Numbered from the stretch's first letter, positions 34,131-44,353 are shown. The stretch: 64,000 bases of DNA from Nitrospirota bacterium (GCA_040757475.1 JBFLWW010000006.1:622-64621); one strand, 5' to 3'. Notes: a model not told the origin generated them from the sequence alone. Translations and numbers: made by a program.

Positions 34131-35309
34131 ATGCAAAGGATAGCACTTTTACCTTTCTTTGTGGTCCTTTCTCTTATCTGTTTTGTGACTCCTTTTACAA
34201 CAGAAGGGGCTGGACCCAAGTGTGTTGATTCAGAAGGAGAGGCTGTTATTGTTGGCAGTGATGTCCCTTCTGCAAAGACCGAGGCAGTTGCAAGGGCAAA
34301 ATGGTCAGCCATTGAACAGACGGTGGGTGTGGAGGTAAAGGCACAAAGTATAGTTCAGAACATGGCACTTGTTGATGATGCTGTAAGCAAACAAATCAGA
34401 GGTATTGTTACGGGATACAGGATATTAAGGGAAGAAAGCAAAAAAGATACCATCTGGGTGAAGATAAACGCTTGTGTTGAGCCAACAAAGGCGAGGGAAG
34501 CGGTATCAACCCTCGCCCTTAATAATTCAATAGCTATACTTATCCCTGCAAGGAAACCAAAGGTCATAAGTGAGTATGAAAGTAAACATGAAAGCTATGT
34601 TCAGACAACTGATGAATATGAAGAGACCAATATCCTGTCAGAGTCATTGATAGGTAAACTCACAGAGCAGGGCTATCAGGTAGTGGATGTTGCCCCAACC
34701 CATACAATGGACGCTGCTGATATTGAAAAGGCGCTGAAATCAGGGAATTACATGACCCTGAGGTCATTAATGTATAAGTTTCTCTCAAATGTTCTTCTCA
34801 TAGGCAAGATTGACTACACCATTTCCACAAGGAAGGGACAGGACATAGGATACGGTATCTCCATGCCCTTTAATAGTGTTACGGTGAGACTGACATATCG
34901 TATTGTTACCCGGGATAACACAGGTAAAATGGTTATACTTGCGGCCGGAACAGAAGAAGGCAAAGGACTGGCAATGAATGTGGAGGATGCGACTGCAAAA
35001 GGGATGAAGGAATTAGCAGAAAAACTGACACCTGTAATCCTTGATAAAATGGGAAAATACATACAGGGCATCGCAAAGAAGGTTCAGGTCAGGGTGGATG
35101 GCATCACTGATATAAATACAAATTTTGAGGTCAAGGAAGCACTCCAGAATATCGCATGGGTAACTAATGTAGAAGAAAAAGGACTGGGGGAGTTTGTAGT
35201 CAGCTATCCTGAAAATACCATTTATTTAGCAAATAGCATAAGCCAAAAAGGCAATTTTCAAGTAGTGAACTTCCTACCTTATTTAATAACAGTGAAGTAT
35301 CAAAGATAA
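34131..35309 (+). CDS. Exported FlgT-like / LPP20-module protein
   Basis: Signal peptide followed by EGEAVIVGSDVPSAKTEAVARAKWSAIEQTVGVEVKAQSIVQN...GYRILRE, paralogous to 24530, 40023, 41129, 50629 and 51466. At 392 aa it is similar in size to FlgT. Confidence 0.5.
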   Translation: MQRIALLPFFVVLSLICFVTPFTTEGAGPKCVDSEGEAVIVGSDVPSAKTEAVARAKWSAIEQTVGVEVKAQSIVQNMALVDDAVSKQIRGIVTGYRILREESKKDTIWVKINACVEPTKAREAVSTLALNNSIAILIPARKPKVISEYESKHESYVQTTDEYEETNILSESLIGKLTEQGYQVVDVAPTHTMDAADIEKALKSGNYMTLRSLMYKFLSNVLLIGKIDYTISTRKGQDIGYGISMPFNSVTVRLTYRIVTRDNTGKMVILAAGTEEGKGLAMNVEDATAKGMKELAEKLTPVILDKMGKYIQGIAKKVQVRVDGITDINTNFEVKEALQNIAWVTNVEEKGLGEFVVSYPENTIYLANSISQKGNFQVVNFLPYLITVKYQR

Positions 35310-35319
35310 GGAAGGAAGC

Positions 35320-36363
35320 ATGTTAAGAAAGAAGATTATTGTATTTGCAGTAGTTTCTTTGGCAGTAGTTGCCTGTGCACCGCCGGCTATTAAAACAACA
35401 GCCCTTGTTCCAGCCAAATTTCATGAGGCAGCAAAATTAAAGGAAGTAGCGGTATTGCCCTTTGACGGGCCTGGTGGAAGGGAATTTGCTATTGAAATTG
35501 AAGGAGTTATTGCAAATATTAATATCGGTGACAAACAGTATTTCACTTTAGTTGACAGAACAACCCTTGAAAGAGTGATTAGCGAGATGAAGCTCTCACA
35601 GAGCGCCCTTGTTGACCCAGCTACTGCTGCTAAAGTGGGAAAACTTGTTGGCACAAAGGGTATCTATACAGGGGCAATAATAACAGCTAATACCTCTGAT
35701 GGGCATTTTACCGAAACAAGAAGGGAGTGTGCTGAGTGGAAGAAAATAGAAGGGAAAAGGAAGTGGTATCAGGCAAAAGAGGAATGTGTTAAATGGAAGG
35801 AATATACAGTGCCATGCATAAAGAGGGATGCAATTTTTTCCTTTACTTCCAAACTGATTGAGGTAGAGACGGGCAAAATCGTCTATGCTAATACCATTTC
35901 AGGGACAGCGAGTTCATCTGCCTGTCAGGATAGGGGGACACCTCTGAGCAGTTATGACCTCATACAACAGGCAAAGCAATCAGCAAGGGCAGTATTCAGA
36001 AATGATATTGCTCCCTATTATGTTACCATTGAGATTAAACTGATGGATTCAACAGACGGTATCACCTCAGAAGAGGCAGAGAAGAAATTTGAGCAAGGGA
36101 TTGATTTTGCAAAAAATAACAGGTTTGATAGGGCCTGTGAGTTATGGGGAGAGGCAAGAATCCTTTCACCAGATTCTACATCCATCCTTTATAATCTTGG
36201 GATATGTTCTGAAATAACAGGCGAACTTGAGCAGGCACTGGATTTATATAAAAAGGCAGACAGATCGCTTGGCAAACCCGATGATAGAATAACAGCAGCG
36301 CTTGGAAGGGTTTCAGAGGCGATACAGAAGCAGGAGAGGCTTAAAGAGCAACTTGTTAAGTAA
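35320..36363 (+). CDS. Lipoprotein: CsgG/LpoB-like module plus C-terminal TPR
   Basis: Lipobox LAVVAC. The module reads VAVLPFDGPGG...FTLVDRTTLERVISEMKLSQSALVD..AAKVGKLVGTKGIYTGAI. The C-terminus is TPR-like. Confidence 0.55.
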   Translation: MLRKKIIVFAVVSLAVVACAPPAIKTTALVPAKFHEAAKLKEVAVLPFDGPGGREFAIEIEGVIANINIGDKQYFTLVDRTTLERVISEMKLSQSALVDPATAAKVGKLVGTKGIYTGAIITANTSDGHFTETRRECAEWKKIEGKRKWYQAKEECVKWKEYTVPCIKRDAIFSFTSKLIEVETGKIVYANTISGTASSSACQDRGTPLSSYDLIQQAKQSARAVFRNDIAPYYVTIEIKLMDSTDGITSEEAEKKFEQGIDFAKNNRFDRACELWGEARILSPDSTSILYNLGICSEITGELEQALDLYKKADRSLGKPDDRITAALGRVSEAIQKQERLKEQLVK

Positions 36364-36393
36364 GTATAAAGGTATCAGAGATGAGGATAAAGG

Positions 36394-37152
36394 TTGAAGG
36401 ATGAAATTATGGAAATAATAAAGCATCAGCAGCATGATATAACCAATATCCTTAAAAAACTGAGAGATTATCTGCTTCATGACGCTGTAGGAAATAAGAT
36501 TGCTAAAATAGTCCTATTCGGCAGCCATGCAAAAGGATATGCAACACCAAATTCTGATATGGACATTATGATTTTTACTGCTGATGGCAAAGATACGGAG
36601 AAGAGACTCCTTGATAAGATTTATGATTTTATGATTGAACATAATACACCTTTAGAGATAGTTGTTTCTGATGTTAGTGACCTCTATCTATCTAAAGACT
36701 ACTTTACATATAATATTATCCATTATGGGGTGGAGGTATATTCCATGGAGAAGTCAGAATTAAAAAAGCACATGATAAGAGACCTGCATAATCTCGCAGA
36801 GGAATATCTTGAATCAGCAGAGGATGTTTTAGAGAAAGGTCGTATGCGACTTGCCATAGATGCTGGTTATAACTCTGCTGAACTTTCTGCAAAGGCACTT
36901 ATACTTCTAAAAGAAGATGACCTACCTGGAAGTCACGGGGGTATAGTAAGCTTGTTTGGGCAGTTATTTATAAAGACAGAGGAGATAAATAAAGATGTGG
37001 GCAGGACATTAAATATGGCGCTGGAATTAAGAAATAAGGCAAGATATAAACCAAATGTCAGTTTTAGTAAAGATGATACAGATTTAGTATTAAATCTTGC
37101 CAGGACTTTCTTGAAAATCGTATCTAATAAAATTGAGGATAAAACTGGGTAA
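36394..37152 (+). CDS. Nucleotidyltransferase (MNT)-HEPN fusion protein, cytoplasmic
   Basis: KIVLFGSHAKGYATPNSDMDIMIF is a pol-beta-type NTase motif. The helical C-terminal half is HEPN-like (..ALELRNKARY..). No signal peptide. Confidence 0.6.
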   Translation: MKDEIMEIIKHQQHDITNILKKLRDYLLHDAVGNKIAKIVLFGSHAKGYATPNSDMDIMIFTADGKDTEKRLLDKIYDFMIEHNTPLEIVVSDVSDLYLSKDYFTYNIIHYGVEVYSMEKSELKKHMIRDLHNLAEEYLESAEDVLEKGRMRLAIDAGYNSAELSAKALILLKEDDLPGSHGGIVSLFGQLFIKTEEINKDVGRTLNMALELRNKARYKPNVSFSKDDTDLVLNLARTFLKIVSNKIEDKTG

Positions 37153-37218
37153 AGGGGCCTTAAAACTATTATAAACCTTTTCAGTCGCAACGACTGAGAA
37201 TTATAGGGGGTTAGAAAG

Positions 37219-38412
37219 ATGTTTACTTATCAACCGTGTCTTAAAAAGATTTTAGTAGCATTTCTTTTGCCATTAATGTTAGTTGCATGTCTCCCAAAAC
37301 AGATTACAAAGATTGACCCCACTGCTTTTTATGTTGATACTGAACCAATAATGGAAATTCCTATAGTTTGTAAATTAGCTTATGAAAAAGCGATACCAAA
37401 GGTTGCTATTGTAAATTTTACCAATAATACCACCTTTGATTATGCAAAGATGGTTCAGGAGAGTGTTCAGGGCGCAGGGCAGAGGACAACAACTGGAGGC
37501 GCAGGAGCTGGAGTAGGTCCTGGGGTAGCAGGAATTGTTTGGGGGGAAAAAGAGAAAGCACAATTTCAGAAGGATTCCCACAAGATAGAGCGTGAAGTCA
37601 ATGCAAAACTCTCTGAGAGTATAGAGGCAGGTGTAACAGATGAAATTATTAATATTGGTGGTGTGAAGGTGTTTACAAGGTCAGAGATGGAGAAAATTCT
37701 CAGGGAGCACAAATTTCAGATGTCAGGGCTCGTTGATAACAATACCCTTATAAAATTCGGGAAACTTGCAGGTGTGAAGTATATAGTCACAGGCTCTGTT
37801 GATAATGTTAATCTCAAGTGGGTGTCTCTTGAGTCCCTACGGGGCGGACTATCTCAATATCTTGGGATAATTGGCACGGCGCTAGCAGCTGGAGCAGAGA
37901 CCCAGGAAGGCTGGAACATAGAGACAGAAACCACTATAAGAATACTTGATGTAGAGACAGGTGAAATAGGCTTTTCAAAAAAGATAGCAGGTAAAGAAAT
38001 AATTGGTAAAATTCCATATCCTAACTATGATGCCCTTATTGGTGGGATAAAAAAGGCGTCATCAAAAGGACTCTCGGATGCAAGACCTGAGCTTTCAAAA
38101 TACTTCTCTGTAAGGGGATATATTTTACAAACAAGGACGAGTCCAGATGGCAAAGAGAGAATTGCTATTATAAATCTTGGGCAGAGGCAGGGAATGAAAA
38201 AAGGATATAGGTTAATAATATATACCTTTCAGGAAATAAGAGACCCATTTACTGGGAAATCTGATTGTGATAAAGTAAAACTCCCTGTTGAGGCAGAGGT
38301 AACTGACCAGATACAGGAGGATAAGGCATGGATTTCAATAAGTGGTGATATTAATCAGATTCGTCGTGTTCGTGCAGGAGCTTTAGTAGAGAGGGCACAA
38401 ATAGAGGAATGA
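37219..38412 (+). CDS. Lipoprotein with a CsgG/LpoB-like module (Gly-rich insert)
   Basis: Lipobox LMLVAC. KVAIVNFTNNT... then VFTRSEMEKILREHKFQMSGLVDNNTLIKFGKLAGVKYIVTGSV. Contains the insert GGAGAGVGPGVAG. Confidence 0.55.
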   Translation: MFTYQPCLKKILVAFLLPLMLVACLPKQITKIDPTAFYVDTEPIMEIPIVCKLAYEKAIPKVAIVNFTNNTTFDYAKMVQESVQGAGQRTTTGGAGAGVGPGVAGIVWGEKEKAQFQKDSHKIEREVNAKLSESIEAGVTDEIINIGGVKVFTRSEMEKILREHKFQMSGLVDNNTLIKFGKLAGVKYIVTGSVDNVNLKWVSLESLRGGLSQYLGIIGTALAAGAETQEGWNIETETTIRILDVETGEIGFSKKIAGKEIIGKIPYPNYDALIGGIKKASSKGLSDARPELSKYFSVRGYILQTRTSPDGKERIAIINLGQRQGMKKGYRLIIYTFQEIRDPFTGKSDCDKVKLPVEAEVTDQIQEDKAWISISGDINQIRRVRAGALVERAQIEE

Positions 38413-38461
38413 TGTTTTTGAGAATTTTTGGTTTTTAATCCAAACGTGAAAATTACCTTTA

Positions 38462-38524
38462 CCCCGTTAGAAATAAGGGGTAAAATATATAGCGAGAATT
38501 TTAGAAATACTTTTTCTAACGGGG
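38462..38524. repeat. Hairpin element sharing the CCCCGTTAGA / TCTAACGGGG arms
   Basis: CCCCGTTAGAAA at 38462-38473 pairs with TTTCTAACGGGG at 38513-38524. The same arm sequence occurs at 27675-27716. Confidence 0.6.
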
Positions 38525-38604
38525 TTTACATACAGAAGTAATGGTAGCAAACTTTGATGTAGTTAAGACATGTGTCCTTAACAAAAACTCAAGGAGGTGG
38601 GAAT

Positions 38605-39816
38605 ATGAGCAAGAAGGTATTAATACTTTTTTTGGGTCTTTTAGTGGTAATTGTCTCTGGTTGTGCAAAAAAAGAGGTTGTAAGATGCGTTACTCCCGAG
38701 GATAATCCTCAGCACCACTATTTAATGGGTATGAACGCCCTGGAGCAAGGCAAGTTGGATGTAGCAAAAGAAAAGTTTGAAAGAGCAATAACCTGTGATA
38801 AGAGTTTTTCTCCTGCATACGGAGGGCTTGCTATAGTCTCTGCTTACAAGGCGAAGATGCAAACAGACACGGCGTTTAGTAATGTAGAAAGAAAACGAGC
38901 AATTGAGTATGTAAAGGAAGGCGGTAAAAAGGCAAAGACAGAAGAAGATAAGTTTGACCATTATCTATCAATCATGAGGGTTAACACCGTTATGGATGGT
39001 GAAGACTGGCTTGAGAAGACGGTAGAGGCATATAATCTGGCGAAAGACCTTACAGTTGATGAAAAGAAACTGATTTATTATCAGGGAACAGAGGCGCTGG
39101 AATATTTCATGGGTCTTGCTTATCAGGAAGCACTGGAGTTCCAGAAGGCAAGGGATAGTTTTGCAGATGTCCTTAATGCAAAGAGGGAAGGAAAATGGCA
39201 TGAGAGGGCTGATAGGGCCTGGAAGAAAACAGACAAGATTGTCTGTGCAATGGCAGGAATCACAGTGGGAGATGTTGGCAAAAAGATAGCCATAAAAGAT
39301 ACAATTACCCGTGGTGATTTGGCAGCCTTACTTATTGATGAATTAAAGATTGATAAGCTCTTTGCAGGACGTATTCCGGTTGAATCCCAAGTTGAAAAGA
39401 TGAAGGCAGAGTTCACACCGGCAGATATACTCAACCATCAATTTAAAGAAGAGGTTCTCATCGTTATGAAGTGGAAAGTTAGAGGACTTGAACCGAAATA
39501 CGACGAGACTACAAAGGCATATCTTTTCAAGCCTACGGATGTTGTAAAAAGAGGTGAGATGGCATTCATTCTTGAAGATGTTTTGATTAAGTTCACAGGG
39601 GATGAAAAGATAGCTACTGCATACTTCGGGCATGAAAAGTCGCCTTTTCCGGATGTAAGACCAACATCACCTTTCTATAATGCGGTTATGAATATGACAT
39701 CGAGAGGAATTATGGAGGGAGAGCTCTCGGGTGAATTCAGGATAGACGCACCTGTTGACGGCGCAGAGGCACTTCTTGCTATGAGGGTACTAAAGCAGAG
39801 GATGAATATCTACTGA
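38605..39816 (+). CDS. Lipoprotein: TPR region plus three SLH-like repeats
   Basis: ATG at 38605 after AAGGAGG. Lipobox VIVSGC. C-terminal SLH-like segments read ..ITRGDLAALLIDEL.., ..VVKRGEMAFILEDVL.. and FPDVRPTSPFYNAVMNMTSRGIMEGELSGEFRIDAPVDGAEALLAM. Confidence 0.55.
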   Translation: MSKKVLILFLGLLVVIVSGCAKKEVVRCVTPEDNPQHHYLMGMNALEQGKLDVAKEKFERAITCDKSFSPAYGGLAIVSAYKAKMQTDTAFSNVERKRAIEYVKEGGKKAKTEEDKFDHYLSIMRVNTVMDGEDWLEKTVEAYNLAKDLTVDEKKLIYYQGTEALEYFMGLAYQEALEFQKARDSFADVLNAKREGKWHERADRAWKKTDKIVCAMAGITVGDVGKKIAIKDTITRGDLAALLIDELKIDKLFAGRIPVESQVEKMKAEFTPADILNHQFKEEVLIVMKWKVRGLEPKYDETTKAYLFKPTDVVKRGEMAFILEDVLIKFTGDEKIATAYFGHEKSPFPDVRPTSPFYNAVMNMTSRGIMEGELSGEFRIDAPVDGAEALLAMRVLKQRMNIY

Positions 39817-40022
39817 GGGGTTCGTGAAGGAACTGTAAAGCATTTAGTAAAAAGGTCACCTTAGAGTTGATTTATGATGTAGTAGATGAAAGGACAAGAG
39901 GGCTTAAAGAGGAAATTAAATCTATCAATTCGCGGTTAGAGCAGATTCATACACGACTGAACCAGATTATGCACATGCTTGCTAGGCTTCGTGAATAAAA
40001 TTTTTTCGAAAGGGAGGACAAT

Positions 40023-40946
40023 ATGAGAAAAAAATTATTTATCACAACAATAGCTTTATTGATTGGATTAGCTGTCTATGTAAATGCACAACAGCTGATG
40101 CAGCCACCATCACCCATCGATGAGAGATTTGAAAAGGCAAATCAGTGGCTTAATCAGAACAATCTATCAGTTACAACAAGTCCTGAGCAGGCATTTATAA
40201 ATGACTATATCCTTGTAGCAGCAGAAGGACTTCCTTCTGCACTATCAAAAACCCCTGGCCAGAAAAGATTAACTGCTGAAAGGGCTGCCACAGCACTTGC
40301 ATATCGTCAACTTGCAGAATTTCTTGATGGAGTGGCTGTTTGTGGAGACACATTGGTCAGGGATGCAGAACTTCAGTATGATGTTGTGAGAACCGCAGTT
40401 GCAGGATTTGTAAAGGGTGTGCAGGTAGTCTATAAAGAATATAATGAGAAGGAAGAATCTGCCCTTGTTCTGGTTAAAGTTGGAATGACAGGCCCTCAAA
40501 GCCTTGGAAAACTTATGTATGAAAAGATTTTGGGAGATCCAAATATCAAAAAGGCTGTTGTTGAGCCAAAACCTGTATATAAGCCAAAACCAGTCACTCT
40601 CGAAGAAACATACGATGGTCTTATCATTGATGCTACTGAGCAGAATTTCAGGCCTGCCCTTATAAACAGAATCTTTACACCAAAGGGTGAGGTTCTATAT
40701 GACCCATCCAAGGTAAGCCAGAAGGTACTCGTTGAGCAGGGATGCGGTGAATACACAAACAGCGTTGATAAGGCAAGGGCAGCACTCGAAACGAGGGGAG
40801 TAAAAAATTCTCTGATAGTAAAGGCTTCTGGTACTGTAACCCCCTCTGACATTCAGGTATCTGATGATGACGCTGTTAAGATTTTTTCAGCAAATCAGAA
40901 AACAGGATTTCTTGCAGGTGCAAAGGTAGCATTTGTGTTGAAATAG
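40023..40946 (+). CDS. Exported LPP20-like protein
   Basis: Signal peptide ..VYVNAQQ, then YILVAAEGLPS...GQKRLTAERAATALAYRQLAEFLDGVAV..., an LPP20/FlgP-type module. Confidence 0.5.
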   Translation: MRKKLFITTIALLIGLAVYVNAQQLMQPPSPIDERFEKANQWLNQNNLSVTTSPEQAFINDYILVAAEGLPSALSKTPGQKRLTAERAATALAYRQLAEFLDGVAVCGDTLVRDAELQYDVVRTAVAGFVKGVQVVYKEYNEKEESALVLVKVGMTGPQSLGKLMYEKILGDPNIKKAVVEPKPVYKPKPVTLEETYDGLIIDATEQNFRPALINRIFTPKGEVLYDPSKVSQKVLVEQGCGEYTNSVDKARAALETRGVKNSLIVKASGTVTPSDIQVSDDDAVKIFSANQKTGFLAGAKVAFVLK

Positions 40947-40982
40947 TAAACCCCTCACCTTTACAAAAGTGAAGGGGTTTAC
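40946..40982 (+). terminator. Stem-loop starting at the stop codon (terminator- or REP-like)
   Basis: gtaaacccctcac-N10-gtgaaggggtttac forms 13 bp with one bulge. No T-tract follows. Confidence 0.35.
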
Positions 40983-41128
40983 ACCAGTAGCATTGGGGCA
41001 TTACCCTTATGGTGGGGATTTTACAGACCTCAGAGGTGAGCCTTCAACCACGGGGAAAGAGATGTGCTGCTGGTGGTAAGCTTAAAATCCCTGTGCTAAA
41101 ATAAAGCAGTAGGTAAGAAGAGTATTTT

Positions 41129-42343
41129 ATGGGCAGAGCCAACACAATTCTTTTAAGACTCCTCACCCTTATTATTTCAATACTGACCATTGGCTTTCTC
41201 TTCGCAGGTCTTTTGTATGCCAGCACAGAGGAGCGGATTGAGGTAGAAGGACATGCAGCCATAGTTGCAGGTAAAAAAGATTTAGCAAGGGATAAGGCTA
41301 TCAATGATGCCTTTCGCAGGGCTGTAGAACAGGTGGTTGGAGTTATGGTTGAGGCTGAGACCTTGGTCAAAAATCTTGAGCTTTTGACAGACAGGATTTA
41401 CTCTCAAACCACTGGATATATCAAAAACTACAAAATCATCGAAGAAAGGATTGAAGGCGATGTCATGAAGGTAAGGATTGAGGCAGTAGTCGCAATAAGC
41501 AGTCTCGAAAAAGAGCTTGATGCTATTGGCATACTTATGAAGAGGGTCGAAAAACCGAGAATCCTTTTGCTCATCTCCGAACAGAATATTACTCATGACA
41601 GGCCATCATACTGGTGGGGCAGTGGCGACACTATCAGCATTGGCGTTGTGGAGAACACCCTCCTTACAAAGTTTATGGAAAAGGGTTTTAACTTTGTGGA
41701 CCGTCAGGTCATACTTCAAAGCATAAAGGATGACCCTTCTATTGCTCACAATATTAGCGATAGTTTAAGCAATGAGATGGCATTGAAACTTGCCTCAGAA
41801 GGTGAAGCAGAGGTTGTAATCATAGGTCAGGCGGTTGCAAAGGCAGGCCCTGTGCTTTTGGAAACAACCATGCGTTCATGTCAGGCAAACATCTCTACAA
41901 GGGTACTAAACGCAGACAATGGCGAGATACTTGCATCTTTTACTGCTAATGCAGTAGTAGCTCATGTTGATCCTATCACAGGTGGCACAGAGGCATTAAA
42001 AAAGGCATCTAATGACATGGCTGACAGGCTAATTTCACAAGTAATCGCAAAATGGCAGAAACAGGTTGGCGGGGCACGCACAATAAGGCTCATTATATCA
42101 GGGTTGGATTTTGATAAGGTGATAGATTTTAGGGAATTCCTCAGGGATCATGTCCGTGGCATAGTTGACATATATGAACGGAGTTTTAAGGATGATATTG
42201 CAAAACTTGATATAGAGGCAAAAAGCAGTGCAAAGGAGATAGCAGAGGAGCTAAGTAACAAAGGGTTTAATAATGGTGTAATAGAGGTAACATCATTTAC
42301 AGGCAATGTCATCAAGATAAGGTTTATATTGAGTAAACAGTAA
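41129..42343 (+). CDS. Exported FlgT-like / LPP20-module protein
   Basis: Signal or anchor helix, then EGHAAIVAGKKDLARDKAINDAFRRAVEQVVGVMVEAETLVKN..GYIKNYKIIEE. 404 aa. Confidence 0.5.
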   Translation: MGRANTILLRLLTLIISILTIGFLFAGLLYASTEERIEVEGHAAIVAGKKDLARDKAINDAFRRAVEQVVGVMVEAETLVKNLELLTDRIYSQTTGYIKNYKIIEERIEGDVMKVRIEAVVAISSLEKELDAIGILMKRVEKPRILLLISEQNITHDRPSYWWGSGDTISIGVVENTLLTKFMEKGFNFVDRQVILQSIKDDPSIAHNISDSLSNEMALKLASEGEAEVVIIGQAVAKAGPVLLETTMRSCQANISTRVLNADNGEILASFTANAVVAHVDPITGGTEALKKASNDMADRLISQVIAKWQKQVGGARTIRLIISGLDFDKVIDFREFLRDHVRGIVDIYERSFKDDIAKLDIEAKSSAKEIAEELSNKGFNNGVIEVTSFTGNVIKIRFILSKQ

Positions 42344-42359
42344 GATGGAGGTGTTAAAG

Positions 42360-44348
42360 ATGAGAAATGGGTTTATGATCTTATTTATCATTTTTGTACT
42401 ATCCATTTGGGGTTGTGCAACACCGGGAAAGGAAAGTTTTAACTTAGGTCAGGACCTTGCCAGGCAGAGCAGATGGGAAGAAGCAAAAGCGATGTTTGAG
42501 GATGCCCTTGCAAAAGAACCTAAAAACACTGAGTATTTAGAGGCCTTAAAGAAGACAAAAGAAGCCCTTTCAGCAAAACATATGGAAAAGGCGAGGTCAA
42601 TTCTTGCCCAAACACCCATTACCTACGATAAGGCAAGGTCTGCTTATCAAGAGGCTGAGAAGGCATTGAACCTTGTGCCAAAAAGCAAGGATGCCGAGAG
42701 CCTTGTAGCAAAGGTTAAGGCTGAACTGGATAGTATCTCTAAAAGGGCTGAGGTCTTGTATTCAGAGGCTACAAAGGCAATCGAGAAAAATGAATGGGCT
42801 GGTGGTGTAAAGAAATTAAGGGAGATTAATAACTTTTACCCGACCTATCTTGATGCGACTCTAAAACTCAGGCAGGCTGAGGCCGCTGGTATTCCTTATT
42901 ATTTAAATGAGGCAGAGAAATTTAAAGAAGATGAGGACTGGGAAAAAGTAATAGAGACCCTTTTGTTTGCACAGGAAATATCACCTGACAGTGCCGAAAT
43001 AATAGCAGGATTAAAAGATGCAAGGGCAAGGCACAATCCTGATTATTATCTTGCCAGGGCAGAAGAGCATGCTACAAAGAACGACTGGGATAAAGCTATT
43101 GGATTTGCACAGAGGACACTTAATTTAGGCCCAGCAGACAACATTATACAGAGGATTGCCACGATAAGACAGCAGGCAGGATTGTATTATATCAATCAGT
43201 GCAGGCAGGACCTCTCAGAAAAGAGGCTCTATACCGCATATGCAGATGCAACCAAGGCATTGAATTATGACCCATCTATTAAGAACGAGCAGGCTGCAGC
43301 AAAGGTTATAAATCAGCTACTGAGTTCTATGGAGAAGAAGGCAGCATCTTATGAAATCAATGGACAGTTGGGGAATGCCTTAGTATGGTATGAAAAGATA
43401 ATCAGCATTAATCAGGACTATCCGGATATCTTTTTCAAAATACAGACTACTAAAGACACAATCACGGAAAGGGTAGTGAGAAAGATTGCGATCATGGACT
43501 TCATTTCACCTTCTGGTAACCCTGATGCAGGCAGGAAAGTGACAGACAGTTTATTATCATATGTAACGACTCATGCCAGCAGTGATGTGAAGATACTGGC
43601 AAGAGATGTCCTTGGTGCCATCTTAAAAGAGATAGAATTGGGGCAGGCAGGGCTTTATGATATCGAGAGTGCCAAAAAGGCAGGAAAACTGAAAGGTACA
43701 GATGTATTTATCTTTGGAAGTGTCTTGGATTTCAATGTGGAGAGGAATGTTTCAGAAGGACATAAAGTGGAAAATGTTGTTGTAGGCAAGAAGTCTATCC
43801 CGAATCCTGCCTATCAGATGTGGCTTTTTTCCATCAAGGGAAAACCCTCTGAAGAGGAAATGAGGAATGCCCCTCCAGCCACTATAGAGGAAGAGATCAG
43901 AGAGACTGTCAGGTATAGGGTTGGCACTGAGAAGAAAAGGGCTACAGTGGGTGTCTCATTCAGGGTTATTGATGTAGAAGAAGGCGAGGTTATTATTACA
44001 AAGACCATAAAGAAGTCGAATGAGGTGAAGGATGACTATTCGGAGGGTGTTGCATTTGCAAATATCAAGTTTGACCCTCTGGAAATCCCTTCTGATGCTG
44101 AGGTTATAGATAAGGTAACAGAGGATGTAACTTCAGAGTTAGGCTACGAGGTGCTGTCCCGTTTCCAGAATCTTCAGATCCAATATTTTAATGCCGCAGA
44201 GAGACTTAAAAAGAAAAGGGAATATGAAAGGGCAATCGAAAAATATATTGATGCAATACATATCGAGGAGGCTAAAAACATATCAGGCCCCCTTTCGGAA
44301 AACGCCAGAAAGGAGATAGAGCATCTCCTCAAACAGATTGCATCATAG
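42360..44348 (+). CDS. Lipoprotein: long TPR region plus C-terminal CsgG/LpoB-like module
   Basis: ATG at 42360, 8 nt after GGAGG. Lipobox SIWGC. The module reads KIAIMDFISPSGNPDAG...KILARDVLGAILKEIELGQAGLYD..AKKAGKLKGTDVFIFGSV. Confidence 0.55.
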   Translation: MRNGFMILFIIFVLSIWGCATPGKESFNLGQDLARQSRWEEAKAMFEDALAKEPKNTEYLEALKKTKEALSAKHMEKARSILAQTPITYDKARSAYQEAEKALNLVPKSKDAESLVAKVKAELDSISKRAEVLYSEATKAIEKNEWAGGVKKLREINNFYPTYLDATLKLRQAEAAGIPYYLNEAEKFKEDEDWEKVIETLLFAQEISPDSAEIIAGLKDARARHNPDYYLARAEEHATKNDWDKAIGFAQRTLNLGPADNIIQRIATIRQQAGLYYINQCRQDLSEKRLYTAYADATKALNYDPSIKNEQAAAKVINQLLSSMEKKAASYEINGQLGNALVWYEKIISINQDYPDIFFKIQTTKDTITERVVRKIAIMDFISPSGNPDAGRKVTDSLLSYVTTHASSDVKILARDVLGAILKEIELGQAGLYDIESAKKAGKLKGTDVFIFGSVLDFNVERNVSEGHKVENVVVGKKSIPNPAYQMWLFSIKGKPSEEEMRNAPPATIEEEIRETVRYRVGTEKKRATVGVSFRVIDVEEGEVIITKTIKKSNEVKDDYSEGVAFANIKFDPLEIPSDAEVIDKVTEDVTSELGYEVLSRFQNLQIQYFNAAERLKKKREYERAIEKYIDAIHIEEAKNISGPLSENARKEIEHLLKQIAS

Positions 44349-44353
44349 AAAAG

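Noticed and set aside
39867-39998. 43-aa TTG-initiated coiled-coil ORF in the 206-nt gap before 40023
   Set aside because: It has no SD, a non-ATG start and no family signal. It may be a remnant, and support is insufficient.
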